Source: a virus | Lineage: Duplodnaviria > Caudoviricetes | Reading direction: 5' to 3' (one strand) | DNA: 57,308 nucleotides | IMG/VR virus record: IMGVR_UViG_3300006224_000012 | Location: 1 to 57,308 of that record | Shown: positions 1 through 6,015 of the stretch, one piece after another | Numbering within the stretch: position 1 is the first letter of the stretch | How the letters are laid out: each line of letters opens with the position of its first letter | The notes under the pieces: model-generated | Told to the model about the DNA's origin: nothing | What the model saw: only the letters and a program-made list of their open reading frames with translations | Databases searched by the model: none | Made by a program: the position numbers and the translations under genes

Positions 1-48
1 GTAGAGGACGAAAAGTTTACCTTGAGATTTGCCCGAGTTGAATCTTAA
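1..48 (+). CDS. 3' end of a plus-strand gene entering the window
   Basis: Frame 1 reads VEDEKFTLRFARVES-stop and is followed by a plus-strand terminator. Confidence 0.5.
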   Translation, partial: VEDEKFTLRFARVES

Positions 49-65
49 GGTATAACGAGATCATT

Positions 66-106
66 AGGGCCGGATTAGGGTAAAACTTAATCCGGCCCTT
101 TTCTTT
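66..106 (+). terminator. Intrinsic terminator
   Basis: 12-bp stem AGGGCCGGATTA/TAATCCGGCCCT followed by TTTCTTT. Confidence 0.8.
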
Positions 107-193
107 ACCCTAATTCAAAAGGGTAAATCGAAATCAAATTGGAACCCATACCCTTAACGTTAATGTAAAGATAATGTTGGGGTGGAGAATTAT

Positions 194-249
194 AGGACTA
201 CCTGTATTTTTCACTATATGAGGACTACCAAGATATTCACCTATATGAG
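194..249. repeat. Imperfect ~27-bp tandem duplication
   Basis: AGGACTACCtgtatttTTCACTATATGAG followed by AGGACTACCaagataTTCACCTATATGAG. Confidence 0.6.
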
Positions 250-251
250 TT

Positions 252-329
252 TTAAAGCGCCCTAGTCACAACGAATATGATTATCCCAAACACCACGATA
301 GCTATAATCTGTACTAAGAAGTCACCCAT
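252..329 (-). CDS. 25-aa single-TM micropeptide E
   Basis: MGDFLVQIIAIVVFGIIIFVVTRAL; ATG overlaps the upstream stop (TAATG); below the ORF-track cutoff. Confidence 0.65.
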   Translation of the reverse strand: MGDFLVQIIAIVVFGIIIFVVTRAL

Positions 330-409
330 TACCAGATAAGATTATAGATTCCCATCGCCAGGAGAAAATATAATACTGCTCCTATGCTTATTAATACTAC
401 GTCTTTCAT
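329..409 (-). CDS. 26-aa single-TM micropeptide D
   Basis: MKDVVLISIGAVLYFLLAMGIYNLIW; ATGA overlap with the upstream ORF; GGGGGTGA SD as used by the capsid and tail tube genes. Confidence 0.7.
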   Translation of the reverse strand: MKDVVLISIGAVLYFLLAMGIYNLIW

Positions 410-480
410 TTCACCCCCAAAAGTATTACGATTATTACCGCGACTTCCACAATTAGAACGGCTATCATAATCTTAATCAT
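406..480 (-). CDS. 24-aa single-TM micropeptide C
   Basis: MIKIMIAVLIVEVAVIIVILLGVK; AGGGGGG SD 6 nt upstream. Confidence 0.65.
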   Translation of the reverse strand: MIKIMIAVLIVEVAVIIVILLGVK

Positions 481-482
481 GG

Positions 483-506
483 AAAACCCCCCTATTTGGG
501 GGGTTT
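483..506 (-). promoter_or_regulatory. GC hairpin that sequesters the SD of micropeptide C (or a weak terminator)
   Basis: Minus strand AAACCCCCC-AAATA-GGGGGGTTTT, ending just upstream of the ATG at 480. Confidence 0.55.
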
Positions 507-572
507 AGTCGTTAGTATATATGCTATAGTAACTCCTATAAAGATTACTATAGTTGCAATTACTACGATTAT
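492..572 (-). CDS. 26-aa single-TM micropeptide B, putative AUA start
   Basis: (M)IVVIATIVIFIGVTIAYILTTKPPK; no ATG/GTG/TTG in frame; ATA overlaps the TAA of peptide A (ATAA). Confidence 0.45.
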   Translation of the reverse strand: MIVVIATIVIFIGVTIAYILTTKPPK

Positions 573-673
573 TTCTTGCGCGCTCGTCTTATCCTCTCAA
601 TCAAATCCATTGCTAGAATCACTACGAAAATAACCATAGCAATCACTAGAAGTACACTAATAAGTCCTTCCAT
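569..673 (-). CDS. 34-aa single-TM micropeptide A
   Basis: MEGLISVLLVIAMVIFVVILAMDLIERIRRARKK; TAATG overlap with the Ro60 stop; basic C-terminal tail. Confidence 0.75.
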   Translation of the reverse strand: MEGLISVLLVIAMVIFVVILAMDLIERIRRARKK

Positions 674-2058
674 TACAGTTCCACCTGTTCTATTCTTTTT
701 ACGAGAGCATCCTTTTCGCCGGTTTCTACTATTGGGATTAAGTCGAAGACTTTCTCACTAAATCCCGCAAGAGTTGCAACTTGCTTTTCGGGAAACTGTA
801 GGGTTCCGTGTCCTGCTAGGTCAAAACTCCAGATATAGGGATTTGCACCAGTACGTTTCTTATAGGCTTCCAGGTTGGCTTTAGGAGAACTCCATCCTAC
901 CCATGCCTGCATATCCGAGAGAATTACGATTCTATCATATTTCTCTTTGGCTTTGTCAAAAATCAGGTGGAAGTCTGTACCTCCGTGGTCAGCGCGTAGA
1001 CTTTCCGCGATACTAATAACAGAATCCGCAGGATTGTATTTAGGCCACGATACGCTTGTACCAAACTGCATAATGTCTGCGTAAGAAGCTTTCGCCATGA
1101 CCGCAGCAAATATACTTCCGATTTGAAGAGGCTTACCATACATACTCCCCGAGCAATCAAGTGCGATTAGTGTTTTCCCGCCAAGTTCAGGCATATTATC
1201 TACGGCAATATCCATTGCGTTAGAAACTGCATGACGAGTCTGGACAAAACTTACCTCACGGTAAGCAGTATCATACCGGAAAGGAAGCACCTTAGACTTC
1301 TTAATGGCTTCTTTGTTAGTTAGTTGAGCGTATACCTCTTTCATGATGGTTTTATCTACGCTTGCTTCTAGGTTCCGAAGATTTCTTAGAAGCGCGAAAT
1401 ACCCAAGTTTCCCCGAAAGAACCAATTCAGTCCAAGCTTCTTTTTTGGCTTTCGCGTCACTTCCAGCTTTGGTGATTTCTACTTCCCACGTATAAGGAGT
1501 CTCTAATTCCCCCTTAATGAGTTTTCCTAGCGTCACGCTTTTGGGATGCACTAGGTTAACTACATCCACCATTTTAAGAGAGTGGTTTTCTCCCCTATAC
1601 TTGGCAATCTGATAGTCGTTGAACTTCTCTAATGCGTCAGAAATCCCACGTTTTAGAGCGTTAGGAATAGGTTTACCATAAGTCCCCATCCAGTAGGCGA
1701 GAATCTCGCTTGCATCATCAGGCCGCTGAATAGTCTTAGAAATGGCAACTCTTAACCATTGCTCATTCTTAACATCATGGCACAATTCCGCGATAACTAC
1801 ATGGGTTACACTTCTCATACCCCATTCCCGAGCCATAATCGCAGCTTTGGCGACAAATTTCTTGTCTTTGATGCTGTGGACTAAGCTAACTAGACGGGAC
1901 TGAGCCTCATTTCCCTTTACATAGTAGGTATCCTTCAGGAAAGAGGTTAATAGGATTGAGGCTAATTCAAGTTTGTTAGATTCTTGATAAGCCTGCCCTC
2001 CAGCCTTGTTAATTGTAGTAGGCTGGACTTTCTGTTCAACTTTGCTGAACTTGCTCAC
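673..2058 (-). CDS. rsr: Ro60 / Rsr-like TROVE + vWA RNA-binding protein
   Basis: N-terminal INKAGGQAY; AKYR...DVVNLVHPK RNA-binding helix; TWE; ALLRNLRN; VLPFRY; vWA MIDAS DCSGSM, GGTDF, ILSDMQ; GTG start with AAGGAG SD. Confidence 0.93.
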   Translation of the reverse strand: MSKFSKVEQKVQPTTINKAGGQAYQESNKLELASILLTSFLKDTYYVKGNEAQSRLVSLVHSIKDKKFVAKAAIMAREWGMRSVTHVVIAELCHDVKNEQWLRVAISKTIQRPDDASEILAYWMGTYGKPIPNALKRGISDALEKFNDYQIAKYRGENHSLKMVDVVNLVHPKSVTLGKLIKGELETPYTWEVEITKAGSDAKAKKEAWTELVLSGKLGYFALLRNLRNLEASVDKTIMKEVYAQLTNKEAIKKSKVLPFRYDTAYREVSFVQTRHAVSNAMDIAVDNMPELGGKTLIALDCSGSMYGKPLQIGSIFAAVMAKASYADIMQFGTSVSWPKYNPADSVISIAESLRADHGGTDFHLIFDKAKEKYDRIVILSDMQAWVGWSSPKANLEAYKKRTGANPYIWSFDLAGHGTLQFPEKQVATLAGFSEKVFDLIPIVETGEKDALVKRIEQVEL

Positions 2059-2109
2059 TTCTACTCCTTTCTTCTTTTACTAAAACTCGACTCAGTAGAG
2101 ATTTATATT

Positions 2110-2225
2110 TGCTGAGAAAACCGGGGGAGTTAAGCTAATCTTGCGATTAGTTATTGGGTTTGAACCAATTAAATTTTTTAAAATAAAAATTATTTACCGA
2201 AGTAACTCCACTCCTCACTACAGCA
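2110..2225 (-). ncRNA. Y-RNA-like unit 1 (longest; keeps a T-arm-like hairpin)
   Basis: TGCTG-TAGTGA-GGAGTGGAG-TTACTTC-loop-CTCCCCC-GGTTT-TCTCAGCA; loop contains ATTGG-TTCAAAC-CCAAT and CTAATC-GCAA-GATTAG. Confidence 0.75.
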
Positions 2226-2239
2226 TCTTTTCTTAAATG

Positions 2240-2319
2240 GCCGAGATTCCTAGCTAGAGTTGTTTGTACACGCGATTCTGGTAAAGAAATATGTGAAGTA
2301 ACTCTAGCATCACTACGGC
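2240..2319 (-). ncRNA. Y-RNA-like unit 2
   Basis: GCCG-TAGTGA-TGCTAGAG-TTACTTC-loop-CTCTAGC-TAGGAA-TCTCGGC. Confidence 0.75.
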
Positions 2320-2334
2320 TGTTTTTACTAAAAT

Positions 2335-2423
2335 TAGCGAGGTATCCGAAAAGAGGGTTTGTAAGTCCTTTTGGGACTCTGGCAGATAAACCAATCTGAA
2401 GGAACTCTTTTCTCACTACGCTA
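2335..2423 (-). ncRNA. Y-RNA-like unit 3
   Basis: TAGCG-TAGTGA-GAAAAGAG-TTCCTTC-loop-CTCTTTTC-GGATA-CCTCGCTA. Confidence 0.75.
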
Positions 2424-2438
2424 TCCTCTTCTAAATAG

Positions 2439-2506
2439 TACCGAGACTAACTACCAGAGTTTATAACCATTATCCCAAATGAAGTAACTCTAGCATCACT
2501 ACGGTA
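2439..2506 (-). ncRNA. Y-RNA-like unit 4
   Basis: TACCG-TAGTGA-TGCTAGAG-TTACTTC-loop-CTCTGGTA-GTTAG-TCTCGGTA; two G-U wobbles fix the minus-strand orientation. Confidence 0.75.
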
Positions 2507-2524
2507 TTTGTTACTATCGGAATA

Positions 2525-2589
2525 ACCGAGAAAATTCTTGAGAGTATTTTTCCTTTGGTATATTGAAGTAACTCTCAAATCACTTCGGT
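2525..2589 (-). ncRNA. Y-RNA-like unit 5
   Basis: ACCG-AAGTGA-TTTGAGAG-TTACTTC-loop-CTCTCAAGA-ATTT-TCTCGGT. Confidence 0.72.
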
Positions 2590-2626
2590 CAACCTGGGAA
2601 CAGTCTACCACTTCGTCGTTTCCTTG

Positions 2627-2851
2627 TCAAGCGATTGGGCCAAATTCTTTTTGGATTTCTTCGACCCTCTTGGCTATACACTTGTACCATTGGTCCTTTA
2701 GGTACTGCGGGACGTTGTTACAGTATATAATGGGGGTCCAAGACTCGACCTCTAGGTATAAATCCCTTAAAAATACGTTCTCTCTAGCTACGTCATTAAA
2801 CCTCTCTTCTAGAGCCTTATACTCTGGAGTATTTTTAACGTCTATAGCCAA
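2627..2851 (-). CDS. Hypothetical protein (coiled-coil tendency)
   Basis: 74-aa ORF, TTG start, overlapping the upstream ORF in operon orientation. Confidence 0.6.
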   Translation of the reverse strand: MAIDVKNTPEYKALEERFNDVARENVFLRDLYLEVESWTPIIYCNNVPQYLKDQWYKCIAKRVEEIQKEFGPIA

Positions 2852-2994
2852 TGCCAGCTACAGGAAGTCCATCTGAAAAGGAATCTTTCCCGCCAATCTT
2901 TAGGTTTGGGAGTATATCGCCTTTCACGATGTTCATCAAACATACCACAAATCGGGCACTCATGCACATAAACAAAATACCAATGTTTCTTCAT
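2842..2994 (-). CDS. 50-aa putative Zn-binding protein
   Basis: MKKHWYFVYVHECPICGMFDEH...TSCSWHWL; CxxC and CxxH; ATGA overlap with the upstream ORF. Confidence 0.6.
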   Translation of the reverse strand: MKKHWYFVYVHECPICGMFDEHRERRYTPKPKDWRERFLFRWTSCSWHWL

Positions 2995-3119
2995 AAGTAC
3001 TGTATTCTCCTCATTTGCTCGATTTCTTTATTGATTCTGTAATTATTACGTGCTACACAAACCCACTCAAAAACCATAAAACCGATTGGAATTGCCAATA
3101 ACCACCACAATTTCTTCAT
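2991..3119 (-). CDS. 42-aa small membrane protein
   Basis: MKKLWWLLAIPIGFMVFEWVCVARNNYRINKEIEQMRRIQYL; AAGGAGAGG SD. Confidence 0.65.
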   Translation of the reverse strand: MKKLWWLLAIPIGFMVFEWVCVARNNYRINKEIEQMRRIQYL

Positions 3120-3139
3120 TCCTCTCCTTTCTGTTTTTA

Positions 3140-3225
3140 CTCCGGTGGCTGGACTTGAACCAACAATTTCCTTGTAAGGGCCTCCTAGTTAACAGCCAGG
3201 GGTTCTACCATTGAACTACACCGGA
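3140..3225 (-). tRNA. tRNA-Asn(GTT) with a 19-nt variable region; CCA not encoded
   Basis: Acceptor TCCGGTG/CACCGGA; D arm GTTC-AATGGTA-GAAC; anticodon arm CCTGG-CTGTTAA-CTAGG; T arm GTTGG-TTCAAGT-CCAGC; discriminator G. Confidence 0.88.
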
Positions 3226-3229
3226 TTAG

Positions 3230-3302
3230 TAGCAGGGATGGGAATTGAACCCACGTAAAATAGCTTATGAGACTATTTGGAGACACCAACACTCTCCCTG
3301 CA
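3230..3302 (-). tRNA. tRNA-Met-type (CAT) with atypical D arm and 1:72 mismatch
   Basis: Acceptor TGCAGGG/CCCTGCT; anticodon arm ATAGT-CTCATAA-GCTAT; T arm GTGGG-TTCAATT-CCCAT; discriminator A. Confidence 0.8.
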
Positions 3303-3308
3303 TCGAAA

Positions 3309-3455
3309 CTAGTATTTCTTCTTAAACATTACTTGTATCGGGCAGTTGAAACTTTGTCTTAAATAGAAGCATTTTTGACCCTCTTTCACCACTTTATTGT
3401 GTTCTTGACAAGATTTGCAGATTTTCCATTCAGAGGCATCAGATTTATCTTCCAT
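3309..3455 (-). CDS. 48-aa Cys-rich hypothetical protein
   Basis: Start re-called at MEDKSDAS behind an AGGAG SD; CxxC...C...C. Confidence 0.6.
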   Translation of the reverse strand: MEDKSDASEWKICKSCQEHNKVVKEGQKCFYLRQSFNCPIQVMFKKKY

Positions 3456-3463
3456 TTTTACTC

Positions 3464-3652
3464 CTAAAAGGTGATAGTAACGCTTTTGCCTTCTATTTTT
3501 AAGACCTTTTTGCGCCTTCTTTCCGCCCACCTAGTCTTTTCTGCCCCCATATAAGTGCTGCCATTGGCTACCATTTTGTCAATTAGCTCTTGTTCATAGG
3601 GTGTAAAAGGTTCAATTTGGTATTTACTCTTCATAGACATTCCTTTAGGCAT
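3464..3652 (-). CDS. Hypothetical protein
   Basis: 62-aa ORF abutting its neighbours. Confidence 0.55.
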   Translation of the reverse strand: MPKGMSMKSKYQIEPFTPYEQELIDKMVANGSTYMGAEKTRWAERRRKKVLKIEGKSVTITF

Positions 3653-3653
3653 T

Positions 3654-4196
3654 TTAGTAGTCCTTCCTTGCTAATATCGCGCCGAATGTCCCGGCTGGGA
3701 AGTTGTGGTAGTTATCCCACACAAATACATCATATCCAAACCTCTCAAAATCCTCTCTAAACCAACCAGAACGATGTTTTTGATAGGGATTGAGGTTCAT
3801 TTCCTTCCACTCTTTCATTTGATGTATCTCTGTGTCTATAAAATCTTCTGGAGTCCAGATAATTGCGAATTTTTTACAGAGCCTATCAATTTCTTGGAGT
3901 AAAAAGTGCCCCTCTTCCTTCTCTAGATGTTCAATTACGTCTAAAGCGAACACCATATCGAAGCTTTTATTCAAAAACATACTTAAATCCTGTATATCCC
4001 CCCAAACAGGCACCCATCCTGGCCCCTCTCTCCAAGTTTGTAGGTACTCCTCATTCATATCTAGGGCGATTTTACAAGGAATTAAGTCCATTAAGCCTCT
4101 TAAACCCCCCGCATGAGGGCCATTATAGCTTCCAGCACCTAAATTAAGTAGTGTAAAGCACCCTTCTAGGTTAAAATTAAGGTTTATTTCATCCAT
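3654..4196 (-). CDS. Class I SAM-dependent methyltransferase
   Basis: Motif I LLNLGAG; ALD; WGDI; SFDMVFALDVIEHL. Confidence 0.85.
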   Translation of the reverse strand: MDEINLNFNLEGCFTLLNLGAGSYNGPHAGGLRGLMDLIPCKIALDMNEEYLQTWREGPGWVPVWGDIQDLSMFLNKSFDMVFALDVIEHLEKEEGHFLLQEIDRLCKKFAIIWTPEDFIDTEIHQMKEWKEMNLNPYQKHRSGWFREDFERFGYDVFVWDNYHNFPAGTFGAILARKDY

Positions 4197-4197
4197 T

Positions 4198-4422
4198 TTA
4201 CCACCAAAGAGGCAATTGCCCGTTATGTGCTTCCCTATAATACTCTTTAAGGGCCTCTAAAAGAGGATAAACCTTCTCTTTTTTGATAAAAATCGAATAT
4301 GGGACTTTTCCATGAATAGTTTCGTTCTCTATTGTAAGCCCCAAGGAGTCATTATTCATAATAGAGAGTCTTAGCTTGTTTCCTGGGCCTGTTCCCTCAA
4401 TTTCTGCGATTAATTTCCCCAT
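4198..4422 (-). CDS. Hypothetical protein
   Basis: Start re-called at MGKLIAEIEG (TAATG overlap with the upstream stop). Confidence 0.6.
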   Translation of the reverse strand: MGKLIAEIEGTGPGNKLRLSIMNNDSLGLTIENETIHGKVPYSIFIKKEKVYPLLEALKEYYREAHNGQLPLWW

Positions 4423-4670
4423 TATTTCTTCCCTTTTTTGGTGTAGGAGTCTTTTGTCCTCATGGGAACGTCTGTATACACTTGTCCCCTTCCAAAACGA
4501 AACGTCCACAATGGACAACCGATATCTGGGCAATCTTTTATCAAACTAACTTGATATCCCATACATTCGGTGCATTGTAGACGTATTGCTTCGCTTCTGG
4601 TTACTTTACTCCGCTCATTTTTCGGTTTTGTTGGTTCACTAACCGCTCTAGGGTCTATCCAGCGTACCAT
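4422..4670 (-). CDS. Small Cys4 (Zn-binding) phage protein
   Basis: AIRLQCTECMG...CPDIGCPLWTFRFG; start re-called at MVRWIDP behind a GAGAGGGG SD. Confidence 0.65.
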   Translation of the reverse strand: MVRWIDPRAVSEPTKPKNERSKVTRSEAIRLQCTECMGYQVSLIKDCPDIGCPLWTFRFGRGQVYTDVPMRTKDSYTKKGKK

Positions 4671-4822
4671 TTGGCCCCTCTCTTTGGAGATTTCTCTACG
4701 GGACCATCTTAGCAGTTCCAGGGCCACAATACAAGTCCTTTTTTAGCGCCCTGAACCAGTCCTAGTTACAGAATCAGTACACAGAACAGACTACGGAACA
4801 AACTACGATAATGAGGAGTAAG

Positions 4823-5617
4823 TTACTTGTCTTTTCTAAGTTTTCGGACCCACCGAACCAAAAAACACGTTTTTTTGGGTTTTCCTACTATATCAACAAT
4901 AGACCAGGCTTCTTTTAGGTTAATAATATCCCAAATGTCATAAGGAATCGTACAATACCCATCTTTTCCCCAATATGGCGACCAGGAATTTTTTGCAATA
5001 AATCCAATAGAATCATATCCTACTATAGCGATTGCATGACCTCCTAATTGCTTTCCTATTGGCATAGTTACAATTCCATCTTCTCCGGTCTTTTCAAATG
5101 ATTCCCAGACCATAATTCCCGCCAAAACAGGGCCAGTTTGAAAAATAGCTTGCTTCATTGAGTTTTTATCTGTAGAAACTGTTGCATAAGATAAGATTTT
5201 GTAAATTTGGGCATTTTCATAGCCCCCCTCATACATTTTTCCTTGTGGGGGATATCTTCCCTCATATGGGAGATAAAATTCCTCACAAACCCCTGTATTT
5301 TTAAGAACACTTAAAATAGCTCGTAAATATGTTCCTTTTTCTTCTGGTATCCCATCAATTTTCTTTGCTTCTCCATATAAGAATTGTTCTGATAAATCAA
5401 TTGGTTTTTCAAATTCTTTTGTGTTATAAAGTTCCGCAACAGCATTTCCAGTAAAAGCTGCACAATCCGAGTCTGCTTGATATTTTACTGGTGTAGCCCA
5501 TTGTAACCATTGATAACATTCATCTGGTGTAGGAATCCGTAAAGGCTTTACCATTGCCTTTAGAACATAATCCCGGCTATCTGGCGGAGAAGGTATTAAT
5601 CCTTTACGGAAGTCCAT
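4823..5617 (-). CDS. Papain-like C1 family cysteine peptidase
   Basis: Q...C (YQADSDCAAF); DLSEQFLY; GGHAIAIVGY; KNSW..YWGKDGY. Confidence 0.9.
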   Translation of the reverse strand: MDFRKGLIPSPPDSRDYVLKAMVKPLRIPTPDECYQWLQWATPVKYQADSDCAAFTGNAVAELYNTKEFEKPIDLSEQFLYGEAKKIDGIPEEKGTYLRAILSVLKNTGVCEEFYLPYEGRYPPQGKMYEGGYENAQIYKILSYATVSTDKNSMKQAIFQTGPVLAGIMVWESFEKTGEDGIVTMPIGKQLGGHAIAIVGYDSIGFIAKNSWSPYWGKDGYCTIPYDIWDIINLKEAWSIVDIVGKPKKTCFLVRWVRKLRKDK

Positions 5618-6014
5618 AGCCTGTCTCCCTTGTTGCTGGTTGTGTAAACATAATATTGTTATCTAACACAAATTCCCATTCTGTTCCGTCAGAGACTATT
5701 ACGACTATATCCATACAATATTGTACTGTATCGGGGATAATAGCGTCCTGGTCATCTTTTTTAATCCAAATTTTTCCTTGTCCATTTGCGGCATCTACAG
5801 TAATAAACTGGTCTGGATTATCTACGGAATTAAAGGCTATTACTGCTAAATCATCAGCTAAAGCATCGCTTGCTTTAACTGTAACATATATAGCATCAAT
5901 ATCGTTGGTTAAATTAGGGTGTGTATCATCATCCCATGTCATTGTATATTTTAGTCTGTGGTCACGCCCTTTTACTAGCTTTCCACCAGTTGGTTTTTTG
6001 ATTGTTAAAGGCAT
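5604..6014 (-). CDS. Putative structural beta-sandwich protein (BppU N-terminal-like)
   Basis: 136 aa, beta-rich; pattern KGRD...NLT...G.GKIWI...D....YCMDIVV; directly after the fibre gene. Confidence 0.45.
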   Translation of the reverse strand: MPLTIKKPTGGKLVKGRDHRLKYTMTWDDDTHPNLTNDIDAIYVTVKASDALADDLAVIAFNSVDNPDQFITVDAANGQGKIWIKKDDQDAIIPDTVQYCMDIVVIVSDGTEWEFVLDNNIMFTQPATRETGYGLP

Positions 6015-6015
6015 T

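Noticed and set aside
280-290. 11-nt identity (ATTATCCCAAA) between the unit-4 loop and micropeptide E
   Set aside because: Same sense as the mRNA, so not antisense, and short enough to arise by chance in AT-rich DNA
2147-2416. 89-aa minus-strand ORF across the RNA array
   Set aside because: GTG start lies inside the conserved TAGTGA motif, no SD, no protein-like features; likely spurious
2110-2589. Reading the GAAGTAACTC...CACTACGG repeats as a CRISPR array
   Set aside because: Repeats are bipartite, covary as stems rather than staying identical, have uneven periods, and no cas gene is in the window; a structured-RNA array fits better
4795-4822. Plus-strand TACGATAATGAGGAG as an antisense promoter plus SD
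   Set aside because: No matching -35 element at 16 nt and no plus-strand ORF follows
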